Shown here piece after piece: positions 22,811-35,979 of a stretch of 41,984 nt of DNA. The stretch's first letter is position 1. Each line of letters opens with the position of its first letter. The stretch is from Nemertoderma westbladi. Lineage: Eukaryota; Animalia; Xenacoelomorpha. The notes under the pieces are model-generated. The model was not told where the DNA came from. It ran no database searches and saw nothing but the letters and a program-made list of their open reading frames with translations. Position numbers and translations under genes: made by a program. Location: NCBI GenBank assembly GCA_032718475.1, contig JAUCBJ010006875.1:1-41984 (forward strand), read 5' to 3'.

Positions 22811-25363
22811 CAGGGGCGGGAATAAGTTATCTTGTACAACAGTTATCACCAAGGGGCGGGAATAAGTTATCTTGTACAACAGGGAGCACCAAGTGGTGGA
22901 AATAAGTTATCTTGTACAACAGTGAGCACCAAGGGGCGGGAATAAGTTATCTTGTACAACAGTGAGCACCAAGGGGCGGGAATAAGTTATCTTGTACAAC
23001 AGTGAGCACCAAGGGGCGGGAATAAGTTATCTTGTACAACAGTGAGCACCAAGGGGCGGGAATAAGTTATCTTGTACAACAGTGAGCACCAAGTGGCGGG
23101 AATAAGTTATCTTGTACAACAGGGAGCACCAAGTGGCGGAAATAAGTTATCTTGTACAACAGTGAGCACCAAGGGGCGGGAATAAGTTATCTTGTACAAC
23201 AGGGAGCACCAAGGGGCGGGAATAAGTTATCTTGTACAACAGGGAGCACCAAGGGGCGGGAATAAGTTATCTTGTACAACAGGGAGCACCAAGAGGCGGG
23301 AATAAGTTATCTTGTACAACAGTGAGCACCAAGGGGCGGGAATAAGTTATCTTGTACAACAGGGAGCACCAAGTGGCGGAAATAAGTTATCTTGTACAAC
23401 AGGGAGCACCAAGTGGCGGAAATAAGTTATCTTGTACAACAGTGAGCACCAAGGGGCGGGAATAAGTTATCTTGTACAACAGGGAGCACCAAGGGGCGGG
23501 AATAAGTTATCTTGTACAACAGGGAGCACCAAGGGGCGGGAATAAGTTATCTTGTACAACAGTGAGCACCAAGGGGCGGGAATAAGTTATCTTGTACAAT
23601 AGTGAGCACCAAGGGGCGGGAATAAGTTATCTTGTACAACAGTGAGCACCAAGGGGCGGGAATAAGTTATCTTGTACAACAGTGAGCACCAAGTGGCGGG
23701 AATAAGTTATCTTGTACAACAGGGAGCACCAAGTGGCGGAAATAAGTTATCTTGTACAACAGTGAGCACCAAGGGGCGGGAATAAGTTATCTTGTACAAC
23801 AGGGAGCACCAAGGGGCGGGAATAAGTTATCTTGTACAACAGGGAGCACCAAGTGGCGGAAATAAGTTATCTTGTACAACAGGGAGCACCAAGTGGTGGA
23901 AATAAGTTATCTTGTACAACAGTGAGCACCAAGGGGCGGGAATAAGTTATCTTGTACAACAGTGAGCACCAAGGGGCGGGAATAAGTTATCTTGTACAAC
24001 AGTGAGCACCAAGGGGCGGGAATAAGTTATCTTGTACAACAGTGAGCACCAAGGGGCGGGAATAAGTTATCTTGTACAACAGTGAGCACCAAGGGGCGGG
24101 AATAAGTTATCTTGCACAACAGTTATCACCAAGGGGCGGGAATAAGTTATCTTGCACAACAGTTATCACCAAGGGGCGGGAATAAGTTATCTTGTACAAC
24201 AGGGAGCACCAAGTGGCGGGAATAAGTTATCTTGTACAACAGTGAGCACCAAGGGGCGGGAATAAGTTATCTTGTACAACAGGGAGCACCAAGGGGCGGG
24301 AATAAGTTATCTTGTACAACAGTGAGCACCAAGGGGCGGGAATAAGTTATCTTGTACAATAGTGAGCACCAAGGGGCGGGAATAAGTTATCTTGTACAAC
24401 AGTGAGCACCAAGGGGCGGGAATAAGTTATCTTGTACAACAGTGAGCACCAAGTGGCGGGAATAAGTTATCTTGTACAACAGGGAGCACCAAGTGGCGGA
24501 AATAAGTTATCTTGTACAACAGTGAGCACCAAGGGGCGGGAATAAGTTATCTTGTACAACAGGGAGCACCAAGGGGCGGGAATAAGTTATCTTGTACAAC
24601 AGGGAGCACCAAGTGGCGGAAATAAGTTATCTTGTACAACAGGGAGCACCAAGTGGTGGAAATAAGTTATCTTGTACAACAGTGAGCACCAAGGGGCGGG
24701 AATAAGTTATCTTGTACAACAGTGAGCACCAAGGGGCGGGAATAAGTTATCTTGTACAACAGTGAGCGCCAAGGGGCGGGAATAAGTTATCTTGTACAAC
24801 AGTGAGCACCAAGGGGCGGGAATAAGTTATCTTGTACAACAGTGAGCACCAAGGGGCGGGAATAAGTTATCTTGCACAACAGTTATCACCAAGGGGCGGG
24901 AATAAGTTATCTTGCACAACAGTTATCACCAAGGGGCGGGAATAAGTTATCTTGTACAACAGGGAGCACCAAGTGGCGGGAATAAGTTATCTTGTACAAC
25001 AGTGAGCACCAAGGGGCGGGAATAAGTTATCTTGTACAACAGTGAGCACCAAGGGGCGGGAATAAGTTATCTTGCACAACAGTGAGCACCAAGGGGCGGG
25101 AATAAGTTATCTTGTACAACAGTGAGCACCAAGGGGCGGGAATAAGTTATCTTGCACAACAGTGAGCACCAAGGGGCGGGAATAAGTTATCTTGTACAAC
25201 AGTGAGCACCCAGGGGCGGGAATAAGTTATCTTGTACAACAGTGAGCACCAAGGGGCGGGAATAAGTTATCTTGTACAGCAGTGAGCACCAAGGGGCGGG
25301 AATAAGTTATCTTGTACAGCAGTGAGCACCAAGGGGCGGGAATAAGTTATCTTGTACAACAGT
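22811..25363. repeat. 40-bp minisatellite (CAAGGGGCGGGAATAAGTTATCTTGTACAACAGTGAGCAC)
   Basis: About 64 units in exact 40-bp register with no indels. Confidence 0.98.
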
Positions 25364-26127
25364 ACGAATTATAAAGTGATTACATCATGTCGCTCAGAAT
25401 TAGTAACGGTTTCATTTCAGTCTTCACTACGACAATGAAAGACAACAACATTCCGGTGTAGGAATCTAAACTTTGGTACTCAAACTATATCTGCACGAGT
25501 TGCTAACTATATATGACACGTGGACCTTTCCTACTGGTTTGCCTCGTGTTACTACTAGTGGATGTTATTATTACAGCAGGAAGGTATTGCGTCGGACATA
25601 TATATGGTAAAGATTCTCATTCTGCTTCGAACAAACTTTACAGTGGAGTGGACTACTTAAGTGTTTCATAATTATCTGGAGTGGATAGAATAGAGAAGAA
25701 AGATCTTTTTACAAGTGACCCACTGAGAATCAATAATTAATAAAATTAATTAATTAATATTTCCAGCAATATTTCGGCTACAAGCCTTTTAATAGCTGTA
25801 GGGTAAATGGTTTACAACATAAAATATAACATTATACAGCAAAAGCAGAAAATAGTACGTACTACTGCTGAGACCGGTACCGGTGATAGTCTTAGGCTAC
25901 ATAATGGGGGAGGGGGGGGGGGGGGGGGGCACTTAACATTCTGTATAAATTATTCACATCGCCATGATTCAACGAAGAGATTACTGAAACCGAAGAAGCA
26001 GCTAATTCAGCACCAAACAAGAAGTCATGTGGACCAGATAGAATATGTAACGAACATATAAAGATGTCCCTCCCATTAATCCTTCCTATTCTTGTAGGTT
26101 TATATAATGTGTGCCGTGTGAGAGGGT

Positions 26128-26962
26128 GTAGTCCATGTGAGTGCTCGACTAACTAACGCTATTTACTCTCACAGTAGTCCGTGTGAGAGCTCGACTAACT
26201 AACGCTATTTACTCTCACAGTAGTCCGTGTGAGTGCTCGACTAACTAACGCTATTTACTCTCACAGTAGTCCGTGTGAGAGCTCGATTAACTAACGCTAT
26301 TTGTTCTCACAGTTGTCCGTGTGAGTGCTCGACTAACTAACGCTATTTACTCTCACAGTAGTCCGTGTGAGTGCTCGACTAACTAACGATATTTACTCTC
26401 ACAGTAGTCCGTGTGAGTGCTCGACTAACTAACGCTATTTACTCTCACAGTAGTCCGTGTGAGTGCTCGACTAACTAACGCTATTTACTCTCACAGTAGT
26501 CCGTGTGGGTGCTCGACTAACTAACGCTATTTACTCTCACAGTAGTCCGTGTGAGTGCTCCACTAACTAAGGCTATTTACTCTCACAGTAGTCCGTGTGA
26601 GTGCTCGACTAACTAACGCTATTTACTCTCACAGTAGTCCGTGTGAGTGCTCGACTAACTAACGCTATTTACTCTCACAGTAGTCCGTGTGAGTGCTCGA
26701 CTAACTAACGCTATTTACTCTCACAGTAGTCCGTGTGAGTGCTCCACTAACTAACGCTATTTACTCTCACAGTAGTCCGTGTGAGTGCTCGACTAACTAA
26801 CGCTATTTACTCTCACAGTAGTCCGTGTGAGTGCTCCACTAACTAACGCTATTTACTCTCACAGTAGTCCCTGTGAGGGCTCAACTAACTAACGATATTT
26901 ACTCTCACAGTAGTCCGTGTGAGTGCTCCACTAACTAACGCTATTTACTCTCACAGTAGTCC
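26128..26962. repeat. 46-bp minisatellite (GTAGTCCGTGTGAGTGCTCGACTAACTAACGCTATTTACTCTCACA)
   Basis: About 18 tandem units. Confidence 0.97.
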
Positions 26963-27556
26963 TACTAATATTATATAAAATGTAGACTGCACATATAAAT
27001 TTTATTCTAATATAATAAATTGTACATTTTTGCATTGCGTAGTTATGATATATTGAGAAATAAAAATAAAGTTTATTTGATTTCATTTTGTTTATTTAGA
27101 ACAATTCGATGATGTCTACAGACATAATCCATGTAAGTACAGTGCATACTTTGTTCCCAGGTAACTGGTGTACGTGAATAATAATAATAATAATAATGTA
27201 TGAACGCATTTATACAATTACTGTACAAATTGGGCATAACTCACATTACCTCTATTAAAACTCTAGGGACACGCGCGCCGAACACTAGATCAAGATCATG
27301 AGATAATGATTAGCTGCCCGTTGAAATAGCATCCATTACCGTGGTAATTGTGACAAACAAGTCACTTTGTCGTCATAGAGAGTGAAGGATTCCCAATCCA
27401 ACATCTATAGGGTAACACTATATGTGGAGCTTATGGCCTGGTCTTCTCTAACTCCGTTCAAACTACACGGTAACGCTAATTGCGCGTGAACAATACGCGC
27501 CACACGCTCCAATATTGCCCAGAGAAACATATCCTTTTGTCACCAACAGCCTAAAT

Positions 27557-27594
27557 TCAGTAAACATGTCCACTTGTCTCCAATGTCATATCAT
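27557..27594 (-). CDS. Possible terminal coding exon of the unidentified minus-strand gene
   Basis: Acceptor ctcctatacAG at 27595; in phase 1 reads (D)DMTLETSGHVY then TGA; AATAAA on minus at 27096-27091 and 27077-27072. Short and speculative. Confidence 0.3.
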
Positions 27595-27646
27595 CTGTAT
27601 AGGAGATGATTCTACGTGTATTAATGACGTTAAAGCCGCACCAACG

Positions 27647-28612
27647 TGGACCCTGGGGTTCTCATTTGCGATTGTATATGGGCTTCCGCACTCCCACTTG
27701 GCTACACGGACCCTGGGGTTCGGTTGTATATGGGCTTCCGAACTCCCACTTGGGTACATGGACCCTGGGGTTCGGTTGTATATGGGCTTCCGCACTCCCA
27801 CTTGGGTACATGGACCCTGGGGTTCGGTTGTATATGGGCTTCCGCACTCCCACTTGGGTACATGGACCCTGGGGTTCGGTTGTATATGGGCTTCCGCACT
27901 CCCACTTGGGTACATGGACCCTGGGGTTCGGTTGTATATGGGCTTCCGCACTCCCACTTGGGTACATGGACCCTGGGGTTCGGTTGTATATGGGCTTCCG
28001 CACTCCCACTTGGGTACATGGACCCTGGGGTTCGGTTGTATATGGGCTTCCGCACTCCCACTTGGGTACATGGACCCTGGGGTTCGGTTGTATATGGGCT
28101 TCCGCACTCCCACTTGGGTACATGGACCCTGGGGTTCGGTTGTATATGGGCTTCCGCACTCCCACTTGGGTACATGGACCCTGGGGTTCGGTTGTATATG
28201 GGCTTCCGCACTCCCACTTGGGTACATGGACCCTGGGGTTCGGTTGTATATGGGCTTCCGCACTCCCACTTGGGTACATGGACCCTGGGGTTCGGTTGTA
28301 TATGGGCTTCCGCACTCCCACTTGGGTACATGGACCCTGGGGTTCGGTTGTATATGGGCTTCCGCACTCCCACTTGGGTACATGGACCCTGGGGTTCGGT
28401 TGTATATGGGTTTCCGCACTCCCACTTGGGTACATGGACCCTGGGGTTCGGTTGTATATGGGCTTCCGCACTCCCACTTGGGTACATGGACCCCGGGGTT
28501 CGGTTGTATATGGGCTTCCGCACTCCCACTTGGATGGACCCTGGGGTTCGGTTGTATATGGGCTTCCGCACTCCCACTTGGGTACATGGACCCTGGGGTT
28601 CGGTTGTATATG
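27647..28612. repeat. 52-bp minisatellite (TGGACCCTGGGGTTCGGTTGTATATGGGCTTCCGCACTCCCACTTGGGTACA)
   Basis: About 18 highly homogeneous units; open in all six frames. Confidence 0.97.
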
Positions 28613-28725
28613 CTTTGGCACATCTGTCACATAATCATTAATAATCATTAATATATTAAATCAGTACAGCAGTAGCCTGACTGCAGGATAGCAGGTACCG
28701 TAAGCATATATTGGAATAAGTGTAT

Positions 28726-29673
28726 ATGGCACATTCGAACATTTCTATCAACGAATACAAAGGATTGTCAAAGGCCGAACAGCGTAAAATTCAGAAGTCG
28801 GTACGGAAGGAGGAATTAGTAAGGTTGCTGGACGAAAGTATAGCAATATCATTCAGTTCGGGTTCCGATTCTGAGGTTTCTCAGTCTGATCGTCCACCGG
28901 CGACCGGAGCAAGATCTCAGTCCAAGGCCCCTAAAGCCGGCGCGACATTGGAACAAATTTCGAGTTTGTTAGACGTTAAACTGAACAAGCTTAAGTCCGA
29001 TATTAAGTCCGAAGTTAAAGCCGATCTGAAGCGGGAAATCGACCAGCAGGTCGAGGTGTCTGTTAGTAAGCATTGCGACAGTCGGTTGAAGTGTTATTCA
29101 AAGGATATAGAATATCTCAGGAAGGCAGTAAAGCGCAACGAGTCCAGTATTTCTAACATTGAGCGGGATAATCGGGACAGGCGAATTATAATCGCAGGTC
29201 TACCAGAAGGGGATTTCAGTTTGCCTACGGGCTCTGTGGTGGCATTAATTAATCTGAGAGACAAGGTAAGCGCAGTATTTGAGCAGTTAAAAGTTCCAAG
29301 CGACGCAACAGGAAGGGAATCTGTGTTTAATCCTACAGTTTGTAAACGGTTGGGTAAGCAGGTTCAGGTAGAGGGCTCCACTTCTCCCCGGATTGTTCTG
29401 GTAGAATTTAGTCATTCTTCTGCTAAATACGAAGTTCTAAATCGAGCTGTGGCTCTTCGCTCTTTGCGCCCAGATTTTTCGATATTTATTTCGGCGGACT
29501 TGTCTGACACGGAGAGGCGTGAGAAACGACGTTTACTAGCTAAGCGGGATTCTCTACGTGAAGACCAACCGGATCGGAAGGATATTTACATTAAGTGGCC
29601 GTCGTTATACGTCGGATCAGACATTGTTGATCAGGTGAACACCGGTACCGGTAGTAGCAACGCTGTTATATGA
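28726..29673 (+). CDS. LINE ORF1 protein (coiled coil + RRM-like)
   Basis: Lys/Glu-rich heptad region followed by 'IERDNRDRRIIIAGLPE', 'PRIVLVEF', 'IFISADLS', typical of LINE ORF1; first ATG at 28726. Confidence 0.85.
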   Translation: MAHSNISINEYKGLSKAEQRKIQKSVRKEELVRLLDESIAISFSSGSDSEVSQSDRPPATGARSQSKAPKAGATLEQISSLLDVKLNKLKSDIKSEVKADLKREIDQQVEVSVSKHCDSRLKCYSKDIEYLRKAVKRNESSISNIERDNRDRRIIIAGLPEGDFSLPTGSVVALINLRDKVSAVFEQLKVPSDATGRESVFNPTVCKRLGKQVQVEGSTSPRIVLVEFSHSSAKYEVLNRAVALRSLRPDFSIFISADLSDTERREKRRLLAKRDSLREDQPDRKDIYIKWPSLYVGSDIVDQVNTGTGSSNAVI

Positions 29674-29880
29674 TGGGTTTGCATTTGTTGGTTTTGTTGG
29701 TTTCTTTTATGGTTACTGTTTCTCGAGTTACAGTTATCCCGGATATCAGTGTTATTAATGGATCGGGGTTCGCTAGTTTACATTCTTTAAGTCCTGCAGC
29801 AGGTGCTGCAGGCTGTGGTTGGCTAGGGCCTTTGGCTGGTAGCGATCGGCGTACTGGTACATTCAGCTTAGGCTATAGTC

Positions 29881-32800
29881 ATGGTCGCATTTACAGTTGC
29901 TTATCAGGGTACTGATGACATCAGTCATGGCCATGGCTATGAGCTAAGTAATGGAAACAGGTCTACAAGGTCGCAACTGCTTTCATCCCTGCAAGGAATA
30001 CATTGTACACAAGAAAACCAAAGCAGGTCCAGCAATAATTTTCGTTGCCAAAAGAAGGTCTGTGTATTGAATGCACGTAGTATTAAAGCATATAATCGGA
30101 GGTTTAACAAGTTATTGGAGTTTCATCAGTTTGTTGCTGATCAACATATCGACATGATTGCAGTTACGGAATCTTGGTTGAATTCTAATATTAAAGATGA
30201 AGAAATTATACCAAATAAGGAGTGGTGCATATATCGTAAGGATAGAGATGATAAAGTTGGTGGGGGGGTGTTCCTTATGTTGAGGAACAATTTTACCAGC
30301 CTACACAGAAAGGATCTGGAGTTTGGATGCTCTGAAATTATGGTGGTGGAGTTACGCCCTGTGGGTGGAGAAAGGGCTGCTATGGTGGTGGGTTACAATC
30401 CGCCAATCGATTCTCGTTTCCCGGCTGAGTCTCGTGCTGCTAGGTCAACCTTTATATGCGATCTACGATTGGTTTTGCAGCGTTGCTCAAATGCAAAGCT
30501 CAATCAGGTTTACTTGTTTGGTGACTTTAATCTGCATGAGGGTATTGAGTGGGGCTCACAAACGGCGAAAACTCTTGGTTCTGATGAAAGCAACTTTTGT
30601 GAGCTGTTGAACGACTTCTGTTTGCAACAGCTGGTAGATACACCGACGCACATTAGTGGGAACATTTTGGATTTGGTGTGCACTAATTATTGTGAGCGTT
30701 TGAGTGATCTTTATGTTATAGAGCATGGTTTTAGCTCTGACCACTTTCCAGTAGTTTTTCGGTTGGGGTTCTTGGCTCCAACCGGGAAGAGGTTGAAGAA
30801 GTTTGTTTATAATTTTAAAAAAACAAATTTTGATGAACTTAAACAGTTTTACTCACGAAATCTAGACCCCGAGTACTTTGAGGCGAATCTATCACAGGGC
30901 TCAAAGTCTGATGTTAATTATGTTCTAGAATGCTGGATGTCCATTCTTCAGAATGGGATCCAACAGTTTGTGCCTAAATCGCTTATTAAAAATTCTGGTC
31001 GGCCAAAATGGTTAGACAAGGATAGTACACACTTGTCTAACCGTGTTAACACGGCCCGTAAGAGGGCAGTTGTATCTGGCTCCATTCAACACTGGGCCAA
31101 ATACAAGCATCTACGCAATAATTTACGTTCTCTTGCTCGTGCAAAGTATAATGCGTACATAGAGGATTTGGGTAACTCTATTGACTCTAACCCAAGGTTG
31201 TTTTGGAACTTTTATCATTCTAAGACAAAATCTAGTGCTTCACCAGCTGTTATAAAGCACAGGGATGGAGTACTTACATCTGATTACGATATTGCTTGTA
31301 AATTCAATGACACGTTTTTCTCAAATTTTAGTGAACCATTGTCCGCATCTGTGCTACCATACATTTTTAGTTGGCGGAATTGTAATCTGGAAAGCACATG
31401 CTTTTCTCCACAACATGTGCTCAAGATTTTACGATCTTTAAATAGCAACAAGGCTGCAGGCTTTGATGCAATTCCACCCATTGTTCTAATTCAGTGTGCA
31501 GGTGAATTAAGTGAGTCATTGTGCAATATATTCAATTTGTCACTGGCGACAGGTATTTTTCCTGAGGCTTGGAAGAGTGCAGTGGTTATTCCCGTATATA
31601 AGAAGCTAGAGCGTAATATTGCTGACAACTATAGGCCAGTGTCTTTGTTGTCAGTTATATCTAAAGTATATGAACGATGTTTATGCGATCACATCATATA
31701 TCAGATTAAACCACTGTTCTCTCTTAGTCAACATGGTTTCTGTGCTGGTCGCTCAACAGTGACCCAGCTCATTGGTGCATATCATACTATTGGTAAGATT
31801 TTAGATAATGGTGGGCAGGTACATGTGCTGTACTTGGATTTTTCCAAGGCATTTGATAGTGTACCTCATACTTATTGATTCATAAGCTAAAAAGCTTTGG
31901 TTTTAGTGGTGCAATACTGAAATTGATGGAATCATATTTATCAAACCGTAGGCAATGTGTGTCACACAATGGCTCAGTTTCCTATTGGCTAGATGTGCGG
32001 TCAGGGGTCCCACAGGGGTCCTTGTTGGGGCCCATTTTGTTCAGTATGTATATCAATGACATGCCGCGTGTGGCAGAAAGAGACCACACGGTTTCTCTTT
32101 ATGCTGATGACTCTAAGCTTTTCTCTGAAATAAAATCTGTTACAGACTGCTGGGACCTACAAGGCAGCTTAGATAAATTACTTGTTTGGAGCGAGACATG
32201 GGGTATGAGTTTTAACACTAAGAAATGCAAGGTGCTAACTATAACTAGGAAGAAATTCCCAAATTTATATTTTTATAATTTGAGGGGCCACCCACTGGGT
32301 CGTGTAACTAGTTTCACCGATCTAGGTTTGAAAATCACTGGGAACCTAGATTGGTCAGCGCACATTGATGACGTTGTTGGTAGGACAAATAAAACTTGGT
32401 TTATGATAAGGAGAGTGTGTGATAGTTCACATGGTGAACTAATGAAAAAGTTATTTGTTTCGTTGTGCCGTAGTAAATTGGAGTACGCCAGTCCAGTGTG
32501 GGACACACACATCAAACATAACCGCCTTCGACTGGAAGGGGTTCAGCGACGTGTAACTCGCAGCCTTTGTGGGTATCAGCATGATCTCTCATACAGCGAG
32601 AGGTTAGGCAATTTAAATCTAACTCCAATTTGCTATCGGAAAGAGATCTTAGATCTCCTATTTTATCATGGTGTTGTCTATAATCGCTTTGACGTTGCAC
32701 TACCTGCTATTAGAGAACGTAGCTGGGACGTGGATCCTAGAATATTCGGTAATCTTTGCCATACTGAAACGTTTTATGCTTCTTTCTGTAACCGGATTGG

Positions 32801-32981
32801 GAAGGAGTGGAATAATCTACCTCTTGCAATCCGGAAAATCAAGAAGCTTTCAGTATTTAAACGTCAACTGTTTTTGCATTACAGTCGAGTAAGGATGCCC
32901 ATATTTGACTGCGATAACCCATGTACATACATGACATGTTGTCACTGTTCACGTTGTCGGGAGTTTAACAGTTGTTTATAA
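29881..32981 (+). pseudogene. LINE ORF2 (AP endonuclease + reverse transcriptase) with a single frameshift at about 31875
   Basis: APE motifs LNARSI, VTESWL, GDFN, LDLV, SDH; RT motifs NYRPVSLL, QHGF, LDFSKAFDSVPH | LIHKL, GVPQGSLLGP, YADDSKL; Cys-rich C-terminus CDNPCTYMTCCHCSRC. Confidence 0.92.
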
Positions 32982-33303
32982 ATATCGTAGCGGAATCCAA
33001 GCAATATTAGTTTTGGTACTGTTAACCATACTGATTAAGTATATAGGTATATTGTAGTGTCACTATTATCAGTTTAATTTAGTTAGTTTATTTTCTGCCA
33101 TAACATTATATTATTATCAATTTATGTATTATATAATATCATATGTAGCCTATAATACGTTGTTTTGCTTACAGTAGGCCTACATTAAGTAACGGTCAGT
33201 TATATCACAGGCGTGCACTACAATATGGTTATCAACACCTCCGTGCATTGTCTTTGTTATCTATATATAACATAAAGTTTAATAATAAATAAATAAATAT
33301 ACT

Positions 33304-34633
33304 TTGTTTGGGTTGTATTGGACAACAAACCTTGTTTGGGTTGTATTGGACAACAATTGGGTTACATTGGACACCATACCTTGTTTGGGTTGTATTGGAC
33401 AACATTTGGGTTACATTGGACACCATATACTTTGTTTGGGTTGTATTGGACAACATTTGGGTTACATTGGACACCATACCTTGTTTGGGTTGTATTGGAC
33501 AACATTTCGGTTACATTGGACACCATACCTTGTTTGGGTTGTATTGGACAACATTTCGGTTACATTGGACACCATACCTTGTTTGGGTTGTATTGGACAA
33601 CATTTGGGTTACATTGGACAACATACCTTGTTTGGGTTGTATTGGACAACATTTGGGTTACATTGGACACCATACCTTGTTTGGGTTGTATTGGACAACA
33701 TTTGGGTTACATTGGACACCATATACTTTGTTTGGGTTGTATTGGACAACATTTGGGTTACATTGGACACCATACCTTGTTTGGGTTGTATTGGACAACA
33801 TTTCGGTTACATTGGACACCATACCTTGTTTGGGTTGTATTGGACAACATTTCGGTTACATTGGACACCATACCTTGTTTGGGTTGTATTGGACAACATT
33901 TGGGTTACATTGGACAACATACCTTGTTTGGGTTGTATTGGACAACATTTGGGTTACATTGGACAACATACCTTGTTTGGGTTGTATTGGACAACATTTG
34001 GGTTACATTGGACACCATACCTTGTTTGGGTTGTATTGGACAACATTTGGGTTACATTGGACACCATACCTTGTTTGGGTTGTATTGGACAACATTTGGG
34101 TTACATTGGACACCATACCTTGTTTGGGTTGTATTGGACAACATTTGGGTTACATTGGACACCATACCTTGTTTGGGTTGTATTGGACAACATTTGGGTT
34201 ACATTGGACAACATACCTTGTTTGGGTTGTATTGGACAACATTTGGGTTACATTGGACAACATACCTTGTTTGGGTTGTATTGGACAACATTTGGGTTAC
34301 ATTGGACAACATACCTTGTTTGGGTTGTATTGGACAACATTTGGGTTACATTGGACACCATACCTTGTTTGGGTTGTATTGGACAACATTTGGGTTACAT
34401 TGGACACCATACCTTGTTTGGGTTGTATTGGACAACATTTGGGTTACATTGGACACCATACCTTGTTTGGGTTGTATTGGACAACATTTGCGTTACATTG
34501 GACAACATACCTTGTTTAGGTTGTATTGGACAACATTTGGGTTACATTGGACACCATACCTTGTTTGGGTTGTATTGGACAACATTTGGGATACATTGGA
34601 CACTATACCTTGTTTGGGTTGTATTGAACAACT
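33304..34633. repeat. 49-bp minisatellite (TTGTTTGGGTTGTATTGGACAACATTTGGGTTACATTGGACACCATACC)
   Basis: About 27 units, each made of two related TTTGGGTT..ATTGGACA subrepeats; begins right after the LINE tail. Confidence 0.97.
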
Positions 34634-35026
34634 TTTCGGGTGGGGGGTTTTCGTTTTAGCGATCGGTAAGTTTCATCTGGTCTACGATTCGAGATCCCTG
34701 GAAAGTAAAAAATAAACTAACATTTTGAAAATTTATAATATTAAAACTCAGTTGGATGCGAAAATATATAAAGACATTTATTCCACTACATTACCTTCTT
34801 AACACAGATATTTACAAAGGCAACTTATTTTCCTAATATTTCTACCTTCCAAACAAGAATTAAGTGCGACGGGGGGGGGGGGGGGGGGGGGGGGGTTTAT
34901 TGCAAGATACCATATATAACACTTCTCCCTAGGAGAACGTCAACCGGTACTAAATGGAAGCGGCGTGTGAATGAATCCAATTAGTCGCGGACCTAACCGC
35001 AACGACTAAAATTAAACTCGACAAAC

Positions 35027-35290
35027 CTTCCAAGGTAGCCAGTGCTTTGTTGATTTCCGCGACGTCCTCCACGTGGCCATGGCAACCGGAAGTGGCCAGT
35101 CGTTTAGCGGGGCGAGGGGCGATCCTTCGATCTGATTGGATGGGGTTTGATGCGTCGCTGAATCCGCGATAGGTGTGGACCCGGGGTCCGACGGCGATCT
35201 TCCGTTGGTGGGCGCGGGTTCCGGGGGGTTGGTAGTCCGAGGTTCGAACCGCCTCACCGGCTGTGTGGAGATATCTCCTGGAAGCTGAAC
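35027..35290 (-). CDS. Putative internal coding exon of an unidentified gene
   Basis: GC-rich island; acceptor tgctccaccAG|G at 35291|35290 and donor AAG|GTTTGT at 35027|35026; phase-1 frame is open: (G)SASRRYLHTAGEAVRTSDYQPPG..VEDVAEINKALATLE. This frame differs from the listed ORF. Confidence 0.45.
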
Positions 35291-35657
35291 CTGGTGGAGC
35301 AATATAGCGAGTATAGCACCGGAGGAAACCCGAAGGATCCTCTCTCTTGGCTGTTACCTATAACGCAACCCTTTCTTTACTCCACAGTAGAAGCTGGGTT
35401 GTGGGTTCCCAAATGCTTATACGGACAAAACAGTGAAACATTTATACAGCCTTTAGTCGGATTTGAACCAGCGCCGCCAAAGGCGCTATATGCATTCGTA
35501 CTCTGCGACAATATAACCAAATAATAAATAAAATGTAAAAATGTTTATTATTAGTAAGTTGTGGTCTGTCTGAACTCAACCAGTGTGGCTATTGAGCAAA
35601 AGGAAGTAACTTCCGCGATTATAACCAACATTATAAATTATTAATAATAATTTTATG

Positions 35658-35979
35658 ACTATTACCTAACGGCTATTACCCAACGACTATTGCCTAACGG
35701 CTATTACCTAACGGCTATTACCTAACGGCTATTACATAACAGCTATATTGCCTAACGGCTATTACCAAACGGCTATTACCTAACGGCTATTGCCTAACGG
35801 CTATTACCTAACGGCTATTACATAACAGCTATATTGCCTAACGGCTATTACCAAACGGCTATTACCTAACGGCTATTGCCTAACGGCTATTACCTAACGG
35901 CTATTACCTAACGGCTATTACCTAACGGCTATTGCCTAACGGTTATTGCCTAACGGCTATTGCCTAACGGCTATTACCT
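35658..35979. repeat. 14-bp minisatellite (CTATTACCTAACGG)
   Basis: About 22 units with variants; abuts a putative splice donor. Confidence 0.95.

Larger units (their letters stand above)
28660..33299 (+). mobile_element. Near full-length CR1-like non-LTR retrotransposon
   Basis: ORF1 + APE-RT ORF2 + AT-rich 3'UTR ending in (AAAT)n at about 33280-33299; 5' boundary approximate; no TSD seen. Confidence 0.9.

Noticed and set aside
22811-25363. CRISPR-like regular 36-46 bp periodicity (also 26128-26962 and 38305-41984)
   Set aside because: No unique spacers, no cas genes, eukaryotic context.
29912-32110. Other CTGATGA matches (103, 17527, 29912, 30581, 32104) as hammerhead cores
   Set aside because: They lie in LINE coding sequence (often ADD codons) and I saw no stem II/GAAA/stem I arrangement.
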